Notes: generated from the sequence alone by a model not told the origin. Counted from the first letter of the stretch, positions 11,271 through 23,765 are shown. The stretch: 43,906 bases of DNA from Tubiluchus corallicola (GCA_030141605.1 JAQGDQ010001376.1:1-43906), one strand, 5' to 3'. Numbers and translations are program-made.

Positions 11271-11955
11271 GTATGAACCAATTTATTATCTCTGATTCTT
11301 ATTCGCTATTTGTCGTAGATTGCAGGTGTTAATTTGTTGTTAGTTGCACGGCGTAGCGTCATCACGCACTTTTTGCAACGAGAATAGCTCACCATAAACT
11401 GAGCGACAATATTTCTTTTTAAAAGGGCTTATAATTGAAAGACTTTGCAAAGACTATAATATCACAGATTGTACATAATACTGCTTGTATTGTTGTTGAG
11501 TGGTGATCAGTCTCACTTCTTAATGCCGTATATAACTAGCTAATATGCTGCTTTGGTGATGTAAGGGACATGAGTTCAAATCCTCGAGAAGTTAAAATTT
11601 TTCTAGCTCCAAGCCATCTTATCTCATAACAACTATAAATCTTCTACAGTTAATTTGAAACTTAACGTTTTCGTGCGACATTCATTTGTAGAAATTAATA
11701 CAAAGTGACTCAAAATTAACTATGAACTTTCAAATATACATTATGAAGTATTGAACAAGTCTCCTTAAAATGCTCTGTAGCTCATAGAAATGTTTTCTTT
11801 GTTTTGTTGAATTTAATTTTAAATTTGAACCCGTTGTAAAGATGCAGTTTTTAATACATTTGCTTGCTATACGTGCGTTTGCCTTGAGCTTGCGGTATTG
11901 TAAATATGTAAGCTTGTTTATGTGATTGTACATGATTACATAAATATATTGATGA

Positions 11956-12797
11956 TAGGGACCAGTGTTTATGCAATCTCTGTCTTGTTTTGGAAGGCCA
12001 AAATTTCGAAAAAACATTTGGCCAAAATTTCGAAAAAATTGGGAGTTGGGTCCGGGAAAACGTCCGTTGCGGGATGCCGTGGCCCTCTCGCGAATTCTAA
12101 ATATGCCTACTACACCCACCGCTGAATGGGCTATCTAACCGTAGCCGGCACCGCCCCCGGCCCGTTCCCGTTCTTCAGAAATAAGAGGTACAAGTTTTGC
12201 AAAAAACAGCCGAAAAATGGCCATTTTGGAGGTTTTTCGTCCCGGTGGGCCCGATTCGAAAAATAGATCGAGACCTTTCGTTTGATGTATAGATCGCCGC
12301 AAATGGTGCCGTCGTCGAAGCTGTAGCCACGAATCTTATATATATATAACATACCAGCAAAATTAGTATATACGACTGAATGCACTGATATTATTGTCAA
12401 TGCATCACGCAGTCATGCAGCAACTGACAGAAAACATCCGATTCTGTTTTGCCATAAGAAATGCGATATTCGCTTATTTTCTAGGAATCATCCTAGAAAG
12501 GATCAGGAAGGAATTCGTAATTATGACTTCATATTTTTTTACATTTTACATCTGGAGTAGTAGGCCTACAGATGATGTAGTCAAGTACAAGACGTGTTTG
12601 TATAAGCAAAATGTGATTAATTTAATAATTTTCTTATAATTACTTACCCTTTAGAGTGAAAACTAAGGACTTTAACCCGTGTTCACTTGTCTGATTGTTT
12701 TGTGATTCGTCTGGGGTGGAATTTGACACACCTCGTCGTAACGCCAACATTTTTTCCTGTCCCAAAGCGGGCGGGCGTGTATAACGAAGTTTGACTG
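11956..12797. mobile_element. Truncated mirror copy of the 25167..26127 MITE
   Basis: Retains one TIR (GTATAACGAAGTTTGACTG-TA). Homology stops at 11956. Confidence 0.7.
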
Positions 12798-12807
12798 TAC
12801 TGCAGAT

Positions 12808-13247
12808 TAGGGGCGAGCGTTCTCTACCGGAAAGAGAATTCGAATCGAATTTGTGACTTTCCAATTAGCATTGAACCGAATTTCGGTATTCCGAATTCAC
12901 TAGTCAATAGTGGTCTTACAAAGATAATGCATATTGCTTGATTTTGTTCGACAGTAAAACCACGATTAGCTTGTTTAAAATTTTGCACAGAAACTGCAGC
13001 TAAATTGCGGAGAGACTTGAAACATGGCATTAACTATTTTGTTAATCTACTTTAAACAAATAAAGATTATATATAAAGATTTATATATATATATATATAA
13101 ATTGTGCTAATTGCATACAGTTTCAAACATTTTAATGGTAAATAACTCATGTGTCTGAAGTGTGGAATTATTCTAATTAATTTATGGTTCGGATTCGAAT
13201 AAAAAAACTCATTCGAATCGAATTCAAACGTTCGAAGCTCACCCCTG
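12808..13247. mobile_element. hAT MITE, same family as 10686..11093
   Basis: TIRs TAGGGGCGAGC/GCTCACCCCTG; TSD CTGCAGAT/CTGCTGAT (7/8). Confidence 0.85.
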
Positions 13248-14199
13248 CTGCTGATTAACGTGAACAATGCGCTTAATCACAACCGACATTGTTTGCACAC
13301 ACAACATGCTATAATAATATTACACACATACAAAATCATTCGAAACAAGAAATATATATTAGGATTGTTAATCGTGACTAAAGTTCGTGTTCGTAAAGAT
13401 CGCCTACACACCGTCAACTTTAAGCGTACAACTCTGGGTTGAAATAAGTAATATCATAATGTTGTCCAACTGGAATCGTTGGTTAGCATTTCCCATTTTT
13501 AGTAAAATCTGTGAAGCGATTAAAAAATCTTTAAAATTGATGATGTTGTTTTCTAATTCATACCGAGGCGTACTTAAAATAACTACTGTAGCCAATTGAA
13601 AGACTCGTTACAATTCTGCCGATTCCAATTTGACTTGACTGTTAGCGCAACTTCAGTTAGTAGAACGGCACAGCTTCTAACGACGCAAGTGTGAAAAATT
13701 TGTTTGAAAGACGTTAGTATGCACCGCCGAAGATTTGCAACTAAGTGAACAACAGGGCCAATCTTAGGTAGCACTGAGAATCTACCTTTACAACACACCC
13801 TCTCATCATGGAGCTGCCACACCCTCTCGTCATGGAGCTGCCAACCCAAACAGCCAACTACAGGGACCGTAGGTGCGGGAAAAATGGTATCTTCTTTTTG
13901 GGTAGATCATTATTTTGTACAAATTATAGAGCATTTTTGTAGAACGGTACAGCTAGAGTGTATGATTTTTGCAATTTGTCATTATTATTGTATCACATTT
14001 TAGATGCGTTTGTTGAAGGTATTCTACAATGACGTGCAGTGAAACTGCAGCAGACGTGAAGATACCTTGAATTTCACTCGTATCTTGCATAACATCATCT
14101 TAGGAAAATGTCTCCATAATTGTAGATATTGCACGAGCAAACCTAGTAATTCCTTTTTTTAAATGACTCTATTAACAGATCTGTCTTAAAATAGCCCTA

Positions 14200-14875
14200 A
14201 TGAAAGACTTCACCATCTTAAGATGATCAGCCCTTTTGACAGACTAACTGCCTTAAGATCTTTCCTGTTGATAGACTTCACCATCTTAAGATGATCAGCC
14301 CTTTTGACAGACTAACTGCCTAAGATGGCTCTGTTGGTAGATTGGCTCAAATCCTGTCCGGTTGATAGAGTAACTGCCTTAAGACCTGCCCTGTTGATAG
14401 ACTAACTGCCTTAAGATCAGCCGTGGTGATAGACTAACTGCCTTAAGATCAGCCCTGTTGGTAGACTAACTGCCTTAAGATCAGCCGTCATGATAGACTA
14501 ATTGCCTTAAGATCAGCCGTCGTGATAGACTAACTGCCTTAAGATCAGCCCTGTTGGTAGACTACCTGCCTTAAGATCAGCCGTCGTGATAGACTAACTG
14601 CCTTAAGATCAGCCCTGTTGATAGACTAACTGCCTTAAGATCAGCCCTGTTGATAGACTAACTGCCTTAAGATCAGCCGTCGTGATAGACTAACTGCCTT
14701 AAGATCAGCCCTGTTGATAGACTAACTGCCTTAAGATCAGCCCTGTTGGTAGACTAACTACCTTAAGACCTGCCCTGTTGATAGACTAACTGCCTTAAGA
14801 TCAGCCCTGTTGATAGACTAACTGCATTAAGATCAGCCCTGTTGATAGACTAACTGCATTAAGATCAGCCGTTGT
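14200..14875. repeat. 32-bp minisatellite (GATAGACTAACTGCCTTAAGATCAGCCCTGTT) downstream of the TAX1BP1-like stop
   Basis: 32-bp period read directly. Confidence 0.95.
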
Positions 14876-15045
14876 GAGGCCATTAACTTCATCTCTTAAT
14901 GAAAACTATTTAACATCAGAACACTGAAAGCAGATGCATCGAGTTCAAAAGATCTAATCATTTAACCTCGAGTATAATATACATCATTAAAATATATTCT
15001 ATATAAAGCAAATAATTCCTGTTATGCTATCCCGGTCAAGCCTAA

Positions 15046-15631
15046 TTACTTATTCCTGTCGTCGTCCTCGAAGTGACCTTGAACGTGGTCGATGTACGCC
15101 TGCAGGTTCTTGTCCGAGTAGAACACGACGTCGCACACGGGACAGATGCGCATGCCGTGACTCTTCACGTGCTCGTCGATCGCTTGCGGAGTGGAGCAGT
15201 CGATCTTCTTGTGACACTCCGGGCAGACCAGATCCGCTAGCGAGTTGTGACGGTGGTCGCGGAGGGTCAGCAGGCTGGTCAGGTCGGCAAAACTGAAGTC
15301 TTCTTCGGCCGGGAAGAACCTGCGAGGGAAGAATTTACGTAAGAACCGTTGCGGAAAAGTTCCGATCCCGATCTCTTAGAACAAATGCTTGTGATGTTTC
15401 ATGCATTAATGCTTTAAAAAGATTCCTACTCTTGCTAAAAAAACTGCAAATCTATAACTTACATATAGTTGGCATTTAACAAGTGAGGTGACCAAGTTCA
15501 AGACATGGTGCATTTAGGCTGGAGGGTTTTCTTGTCAAGCAATTTAAATGTGGGTTCATACTAGAAAGCAAAATCTGCAAGAGAGGGAGAGAGAAGGAGA
15601 GGGTGAGGGAGAGAGAAGAGAGAGCAAGAGC

Positions 15632-15664
<33 letters not shown>

Positions 15665-16542
15665 AGAGAGAGGGGAAAGAGAGAGAGAGAGAGAGACAGA
15701 AGAGAGAGCGGAAAGAGAGAGAGAGAGACAGAAGAGAGAGGGGAAAGAGAGAGAGAGAGAGAGAGGGGGGGAAGGAGGGAGGAATGGGAGAGAGATGGAG
15801 GGAGACAGAGAGAGGGAGAGACAGAGGGAGGGAGGGAGAGAGAGAGAGAGAGAGAGGAGAGCAAGGATGATGAAGAGAGAGAGGAGAGCAAGGATGATGA
15901 AGAGAGAGCTTGATAAAATCAGTCGCTTACTCATCTTCTCCGGCATCTGCATCTGCATCCTTATTGTCTTCAGGTTTTGCTTTTGCAACACCAGGTGTCG
16001 CCGGCTTCTGTGCGCTTGCTCCAGTATCGCTCATCACAGATGTTTGGCCTCCTACGGCACCTGTTAGAATATGAACGACGTTTATTTGATAGAATTTGTA
16101 GTGAGGCTGTAGAAGCCTGTACACACTTCTTGGAGAGAACTGTTTTTTTTTTGCTTTGAGATCCACCGGGGAAGTGGGGTGTGTGAGGCCTCCACAAATT
16201 TTTGAACTGCTAGAACGTCGGAGAAGCATTTTCGAAGAGAAAATATGGAGTGATACAGTATGTTCGCATAAAGCAAAAAAAAATAATGTTACCTTGGCGC
16301 GAGGCCCCCCTGGAGGGTGAAGCCCCGGGGAAGTATAATTTAAATTTGTTACCTTCAACCAGCTGTTCCTTGACGTGCTGTGGCCACGCCACCCCCGGTG
16401 CTAGACGCGCCCGACTGTTACCCTGGGTTGCTCCCGGTGCAAAGAAAAGTGGTGGTCCCACCGGTCCAATGTGCGGTGCTTGCGCCTCCGGTGCGACGTA
16501 CGGATTGGCAAAGATTTGCACGAAACTGTCACTTCCGTGTGC
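15046..16542 (-). CDS. TAX1BP1: TAX1BP1/CALCOCO-like autophagy receptor, last three exons (16542..16353, 16060..15931, 15319..15046)
   Basis: Phase-compatible GT/AG exons. The C-terminus CPECHKKIDCSTPQAIDEHVKSHGMRICPVCDVVFYSDKNLQAYIDHVQGHFEDDDRNK* forms two tandem C-x2-C..H-x3-H UBZ1-type fingers. Upstream FANPY resembles the YGNPY motif of TAX1BP1/NDP52. The last exon is missed by the ORF track. Confidence 0.75.
15580..15910. repeat. (GA)n-rich microsatellite, intronic
   Basis: Direct reading. Mirror (CT)n at 22045..22375. Confidence 0.97.
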
Positions 16543-16552
16543 CTGCAAGTAG

Positions 16553-17962
16553 CAACAATGCAAATGTACAAGCAGTACGGGGAAACAATGCAGATGCACA
16601 AACAGTACGGGGAAACAATGCAAATGTACAATCAGTACGGGGAAACAATACAAATGTACAATCAGTAAGAGAAACAATACAAATGTACAAACAGTGCGGG
16701 AAAACAATGCAAATGTACAAACAGTACAGGAAAAGAATGCAAATGTACAATCAGTACGGGAAAACAATGCAAATGTACAATCAGTATGAGAAACAATGCA
16801 AATGTACAATCAGTACGGCGAAACAATGCAAATGTACAATCAGTACGGGAAAACAATGCAAATGTACAATCAGTACGGGAAAACAATGCAAATGTACAAT
16901 CAGTACGGGGAAGCAATGCAAATGTACAATCAGTACGGGAAAACAATGCAAATGTACAATCAGTACGGGAAAACAATGCAAATGTACAATCAGTACGGGA
17001 AAACAACGCAAATGTACAATCAGTACGGGGAAACAATGCAAATGTACAATCAGTACGGGGAAACAATGCAAATGTACAATCAGTACGGGGAAACAATACA
17101 AATGTACAATCAGTACGGGAAAACAATGCAAATGTACAATCAGTACGGGGAAACAATGCAAATGTACAATCAGCATGAGAAACGACACAGAAGCACAAAC
17201 AGTACAGGGAAACAACGAAAATGTAAAACAGTACGGGAAAACAATGCAAATGTACAATCAGCATGAGAACAACACAGATGCACAAACAGTACGGGGAAAC
17301 AACGAAAATGTAAAACAGTACGGGGAAACAATGCAAATGTACAATCAGCATGAGAACAACACAGATGCACAAACAGTACGGGGAAACAACGAAAATGTAA
17401 AACAGTACGGGAAAACAATGCAAATGTACAATCAGTACAGGGAAACAACACAGCTGCACAAACAGTACGGGAAAACAATGCAAATGTACAATCAGTATGA
17501 GAACAACACAGATGCACAAACAGTACGGGAAAACAATGCAAATGTACAATCAGTATGAGAAACAACACAGATGCACAAACAGTACGGGGAAACAATGCAA
17601 ATGTACAATCAGTATGAGAAACAACACAGATGCACAAACAGTACGGGAAAACAATGCAGATGCACAAACAGTATGGGAAAACAACACAGATGCACAAACA
17701 GTACGGGGAAAACAATGCAGATGCACAAACAGTACGGGAAAACAACACAGATGCACAAACAGTACGGGGAAAACAATGCAGATGCACAAACCGTACGGGA
17801 AAACAACACAGATGCACAAACAGTACGGGGAAAACAATGCAGATGCACAAACAGTACGGGAAAACAACACAGATGCACAAACAGTACGGGAAAACAATGC
17901 AGATGTACAATCAGTATGAGAAACAACATAGATGCACAAACAGTACGGGGGAAACAATGCAC
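16553..17962. repeat. ~30-bp minisatellite (AAACAATGCAAATGTACAATCAGTACGGGR and variants)
   Basis: 30-bp period; abuts the acceptor at 16543. Confidence 0.97.
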
Positions 17963-19369
17963 AATCAGGGGCAAAAACAATGGGACATGATATTCTTACA
18001 ATGAGCTAACATATTACGAATATCAACAATAACACAATAAAATATTGCCAACACGATCTGTTGAACTGTTCATTCAAGCTTGTTCACGACCATCAGTTCA
18101 TGTTCATGTTCACGTTCACATAATCAAACTGTTTATTCAAGCTTGTTCACCACCATAAGTTCATGTTCACGTTCACATAATCAAACTGTTTATTCAAGCT
18201 TGTTCACCACCATCAGTTCAAGTTCATGTTCACATAATACAATCGTCATGTGACGTGGGCAAAGCAAAGCCGTCTCTCTCATCAGTTCAGTAACTTCAGT
18301 TGTTTTACGTAGAGTTTACTTAATTATGCAGTCTATCCACAGAGTCTAGCAGGATCTTGCTTGGGAACAAGAAAAAATGAACTAGGTACGGTTCTAGCTA
18401 GCTGTTAAAATTGTCACTATTACAATAGCTCGGGCTGCGACGCGTTGCCTAGTGTACACAAATGCACTGTCTGGAACACTTAACCTTTGACCTTTTCACG
18501 ATCATCATCAATTGCTGGAACTGTGAAGACGCTTATCCTATAGTGTGACCAAAGTGAAACTGATTGTTGATTTCCCGTTTACAAAAAAATAGTGCGTAAA
18601 AAAAGGTTTCCGGTTTACAAAAAACATATAAATTGTGCGTAAAAAAAGGTTTCCGGTTTACCTTACCATGTTTAACTAATGAACAAGAAATTAGAGGAAA
18701 GCAAGGCGACTATGTTTCACAACAGAAGCTAAGACTCAAAGATCAGTTCTCATCCTACCTTGTGACTAAAACTCATTACTAAACATAGAGGGTACCCCAA
18801 GACATCCAGAAAAACACTACAGTATCAGTTAGGGCAATAGACCGAATTCAGAATTGATTTTTGAAGGGGTGCAAACCCTGATGAATTTCAAGCTACCTGA
18901 ACTACAAATAAGCAGAGAAACTTTCCAAAGTCAAAAGCATCTTGCGGCCACCGGTAGAGGTTCGTAGCACAGACTTGAGCCAAATTAAGTACATGAATCT
19001 TGTAAACACTCCGGCTTCAAAAGGTCTATATGCGAAGCCAATCTGTGTGGCAATGAAACCACTAACTCACGCTCAGTAGAATTAGCTCAACTGCAAACAG
19101 AACAGATAGACAAACACATCATTACTTAACTACTCTAAACTTAAATTTATATTGTTTTTCATCATCCTTTTCTTAACTTTTGTATAGTGCTGCCATCTTC
19201 AGGTATTCTTAATTGGAATTGTTAAATCTTCCTCGTTACTGTTTAAATTTCATTGGCTTCGTCATTGGCTACAGTCTTTATGAATGCGTAATCTCTAAAC
19301 CTGTTTTCACACCTGTTTTCTGCTTTTCAACACGACACAACTTCACTGACTATGTAGACACTTCAGAAT

Positions 19370-19713
19370 CAGTGATGAGAATGACAAATTGCAAAAAACT
19401 CTGAAACAGGCCGGGGATTTGGCCCCCATGGGGGTTCAAGGGGGCGAAGCAACAAATTGCAATTTTGTGACCATAGAGAGCCTCTAAGTGGACTTAAAAT
19501 ATCAATTACCTTGTTTCATGCATAATTTAAAATACCCAACTATCAAGGATACATGATACCTAATTGTCTCAAGTACTGACCGCTCCTATGCAAAAGTATA
19601 TAAAAATCGTCTGCAATTGACTCAAATAACTCCGCACAATTGATTCTATATTTTTATACGTAGAGATATACATGTGGTTACACTGATGTACGTGATGTAA
19701 ACAAAGTGATGGC
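19370..19713 (+). mobile_element. Truncated copy of the CAGGGATGAGAAT MITE
   Basis: Colinear with 27978..28446 and 42592..43114 up to GTAAACAAAGTGA, then cut by the IR2 right arm. Confidence 0.85.
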
Positions 19714-20019
19714 TTTGCTTTGCCCACGTCACATGACGATTGTATTATGTGAACATGAACTTGAACTGATGGTGGTGAACAAGCTTGAATAAACAGTTTG
19801 ATTATGTGAACATGAACTTGAACTGATGGTGGTGAACAAGCTTGAATAAACAGTTTGATTATGTGAACGTGAACATGAACGTGAACTGATGGTCGTGAAC
19901 AAGCTTAAATAAACAGTTTGACAGATCGTGTTGGCAATATTTTATTGTGTTATTGTTGATATTCGTGATATGTTAGCTCACTGTAAGAATATCATGTCCC
20001 ATTGTTTTTGCCCCTGATT

Positions 20020-21385
20020 GTGCATTGTTTCCCCCGTACTGTTTGTGCATCTATGTTGTTTCTCATACTGATTGTACATTTGCATAGTATTACCGTACTG
20101 TTTGTGCATCTGTGTTGTTTCTGATACTAATTGTACATCTGCATTGTTTTCCCCGTACTGTTTGTGCATCTGTGTTGTTTTCCCGTACGGTTTGTGCATC
20201 TGCATTGTTTTCCCCGTACTGTTTGTGCATCTGTGTTGTTTTCCCGTACTGTTTGTGCATCTGCATTGTTTTCCCCGTACTGTTTGTGCATCTGTGTTGT
20301 TTTCCCATACTGATTGTACATTTGCATAGTATTACCGTACTGTTTGTGCATCTGTGTTGTTTCTCATACTGATTGTACATTTGCATTGTTTCCCCGTACT
20401 GTTTGTGCATCTGTGTTGTTTCTCATACTGATTGTACATTTGCATTGTTTTCCCGTACTGTTTGTGCATCTGTGTTGTTTCTCATACTGATTGTACATTT
20501 GCATTGTTTTCCCGTACTGTTTGTGCATCTGTGTTGTTTCCCCGTACTGATTGTACATTTGCATTGTTTTCCCGTACTGTTTTACATTTTCGTTGTTTCC
20601 CCGTACTGTTTGTGCATCTGTGTTGTTCTCATGCTGATTGTACATTTTCATATTTCATTTTTACATTTTCGTTGTTTCCCCGTACTGTTTGTGCATCTGT
20701 GTTGTTTCTCATGCTGATTGTACATTTGCATTGTTTTCCCGTATGTTTTTGATTTTGTTTTTTCCCACTTTTGTGTAATGTGTCGTTTCTCATGCTGATT
20801 GTACATTTGCATTGTTTCCCCGTACTGATTGTACATTTGCATTGTTTTCCCGTACTGATTGTACATTTGTATTGTTTCCCCGTAAGCATTGTTCTTTTGT
20901 ATTGTTTCCCCGTACTGATTGTACATTTGCGTTGTTTTCCCGTACTGATTGTACATTTGCATTGTTTTCCCGTACTGATTGTACATTTGCATTGTTTTCC
21001 CGTACTGATTGTACATTTGCATTGCTTCCCCGTACTGATTGTACATTTGCATTGTTTTCCCGTACTGATTGTACATTTGCATTGTTTTCCCGTACTGATT
21101 GTACATTTGCATTGTTTCGCCGTACTGATTGTACATTTGCATTGTTTCTCATACTGATTGTACATTTGCATTGTTTTCCCGTACTGATTGTACATTTGCA
21201 TTCTTTTCCTGTACTGATTGTACATTTGGATTGTTTTCCCGTACTGATTGTACATTTGTATTGTTTCTCATACTGATTGTACATTTGCATTGTTTCCCCG
21301 TACTGATTGTACATTTGCATTGTTTCCCCGTACTGTTTATGCATCTGCATTGTTTTCCCGTACTGATTGTACATTTGCATTGTTG
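20020..21385. repeat. ~30-bp minisatellite (mirror)
   Basis: Reverse-complement array with a different unit order and interruptions. Confidence 0.97.
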
Positions 21386-21395
21386 CTACTTGCAG

Positions 21396-22290
21396 GCACA
21401 CGGAAGTGACAGTTTCGTGCAAATCTTTGCCAATCCGTACGTCGCACCGGAGGCGCAAGCACCGCACGTTGGACAGGCGGGACCACCACTTTTCTTTGCA
21501 CCGGGAGCAACCCAGGGTAACAGTCGGGCGCGTCTAGCACCGGGGGTGGCGTGGCCACAGCACGTCAAGGAACAGCTGGTTGAAGGTAACAAATTTAAAT
21601 TATACTTCCCCGGGGCTTCACCCTCCAGGGGGGCCTCGCGCCAAGGTAACATTATTTTTTTTTGCTTTATGCGAACATACTGTATCACTCCATATTTTCT
21701 CTTCGAAAATGCTTCTCCGACGTTCTAGCAGTTCAAAAATTTTCTGGGCGCCAACCATGGTGACCCCCCGTGGAGGCCTCACACACCCCACTTCCCCGGG
21801 CCTGTTGACATCCTGTACTCTCCAAGAAGTGTGTACAGGCTTCTACAGCCTGACTACAAATTCTATCAAATAAACGTCGTTCATATTCTAGCAGGTGCCG
21901 TAGGAGGCCAAACATCTGTGATGAGCGATACTGGAGCAAGCGCACAGAAGCCGGCGACACCTGGTGTTGCAAAAGCAAAACCTGAAGACAATAAGGATGC
22001 AGATGCAGATGCCGGAGAAGATGAGTAAGCGACTGATTTTATCAAGCTCTCTCTTCATCATCCTTGCTCTCCTCTCTCTCTTCATCATCCTTGCTCTCCT
22101 CTCTCTCTCTCTCTCTCTCCCTCCCTCCCTCTGTCTCTCCCTCTCTCTGTCTCCCTCCATCTCTCTCCCATTCCTCCCTCCTTCCCCCCCTCTCTCTCTC
22201 TCTCTCTCTTTCCCCTCTCTCTTCTGTCTCTCTCTCTCTCTTTCCGCTCTCTCTTCTGTCTCTCTCTCTCTCTCTCTTTCCCCTCTCTCT

Positions 22291-22323
<33 letters not shown>

Positions 22324-22909
22324 GCTCTTGCTCTCTCTTCTCTCTCCCTCACCCTCTCCTTCTCTCTCCCTCTCTTGCAGATTTTGCTTTCTAGTATGAA
22401 CCCACATTTAAATTGCTTGACAAGAAAACCCTCCAGCCTAAATGCACCATGTCTTGAACTTGGTCACCTCACTTGTTAAATGCCAACTATATGTAAGTTA
22501 TAGATTTGCAGTTTTTTTAGCAAGAGTAGGAATCTTTTTAAAGCATTAATGCATGAAACATCACAAGCATTTGTTCTAAGAGATCGGGATCGGAACTTTT
22601 CCGCAACGGTTCTTACGTAAATTCTTCCCTCGCAGGTTCTTCCCGGCCGAAGAAGACTTCAGTTTTGCCGACCTGACCAGCCTGCTGACCCTCCGCGACC
22701 ACCGTCACAACTCGCTAGCGGATCTGGTCTGCCCGGAGTGTCACAAGAAGATCGACTGCTCCACGCCGCAAGCGATCGACGAGCACGTGAAGAGTCACGG
22801 CATGCGCATCTGTCCCGTGTGCGACGTCGTGTTCTACTCGGACAAGAACCTGCAGGCGTACATCGACCACGTTCAAGGTCACTTCGAGGACGATGACAGG
22901 AATAAGTAA
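21396..22909 (+). CDS. TAX1BP1: TAX1BP1/CALCOCO-like autophagy receptor, last three exons (21396..21585, 21895..22024, 22636..22909)
   Basis: AHGSDSFVQIFANPYVAPE...QLVEG/AVGGQTS...DAGEDE/FFPAEEDFSF...two UBZ fingers...DRNK*. Intron phases 1 and 2 are consistent. Confidence 0.78.
22045..22375. repeat. (CT)n-rich microsatellite, intronic
   Basis: Direct reading. Confidence 0.97.
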
Positions 22910-23089
22910 TTAGGCTTGACCGGGATAGCATAACAGGAATTATTTGCTTTATATAGAATATATTTTAATGAGTTTTAAATATGTATATTGTAGTTGAGGT
23001 TAAATGATTAGACCGTCTGATTTCAATGCATCTGCTTTCAGTGTTCTGATGTTAAATAGTTTTCATTAAGAGATGAAGTTAATGGCCTC

Positions 23090-23765
23090 ACCACGGCTGA
23101 TCATAAGGTAGTTAGTCTATCAACAGGGCTGATCTTAAGGCAGTTAGTCTATCCAACAGGGCTGATCTTAAGGCAGTTATTCTATCAACAGGACAGGTCT
23201 TAAAGCGGTTAGTCTATCCAACAGGGCTGATCTTAAGGCAGTTAGTCTATCCAACAGGGCAGGTCTTAAGGCAGTTAGTCTATCAACACGGCTGATCTTA
23301 AGGCAGTTAGTCTATCAACAGGGCTGATCTTAAGGCAGTTAGTCTATCAACAGGGCTGATCTTAAGGCAGTTAGTCTATCACGACGGCTGATCTTAATGC
23401 AGTTAGTCTATCAACAGGGCTGATCTTAAGGCAGTTAGTCTATCACGACGGCTGATCTTAAGGCAATTAGTCTATCACGACGGCTGATCTTAAGGCAGTT
23501 AGTCTATCAACAGGGCTGATCTTAAGGCAGTTAGTCTATCACCACGGCTGATCTTAAGGCAGTTAGTCTATCAACAGGGCAGGTCTTAAGGCAGTTACTC
23601 TATCAACCGGACAGGATTTGAGCCAATCTACCAACAGAGCCATCTTAGGCAGTTAGTCTGTCAAAAGGGCTGATCATCTTAAGATGGTGAAGTCTATCAA
23701 CAGGAAAGATCTTAAGGCAGTTAGTCTGTCAAAAGGGCTGATCATCTTAAGATGGTGAAGTCTTT
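23090..23765. repeat. 32-bp minisatellite (mirror)
   Basis: Reverse-complement array with unit-level differences. Confidence 0.95.

Larger units (their letters stand above)
11956..18274. repeat. Giant inverted repeat IR2, left arm
   Basis: Reverse complement of 19708..26000. Mirrored ORFs include 15024..15296/22659..22931 (sum 37955) and 12131..12400/25580..25849. Confidence 0.97.

Noticed and set aside
11495-11610. tRNA or tRNA-SINE-like boxes (GAGTGGT..., GAGTTCAAATCC)
   Set aside because: No cloverleaf and the spacing is unconvincing. At most an old SINE trace.
15476-16067. Glu/Arg-rich and Ser/Leu-rich ORFs (also 21888..22479)
   Set aside because: They are translations of a GA/CT microsatellite.
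16380-21467. Long repetitive ORFs (MQMYNQYGKT, KQCKCTISTG, LIVHLHCFPV repeats)
   Set aside because: These are open frames on both strands of a 30-bp intronic minisatellite. Only the exonic parts at 16353..16542 and 21396..21585 are credible coding sequence.
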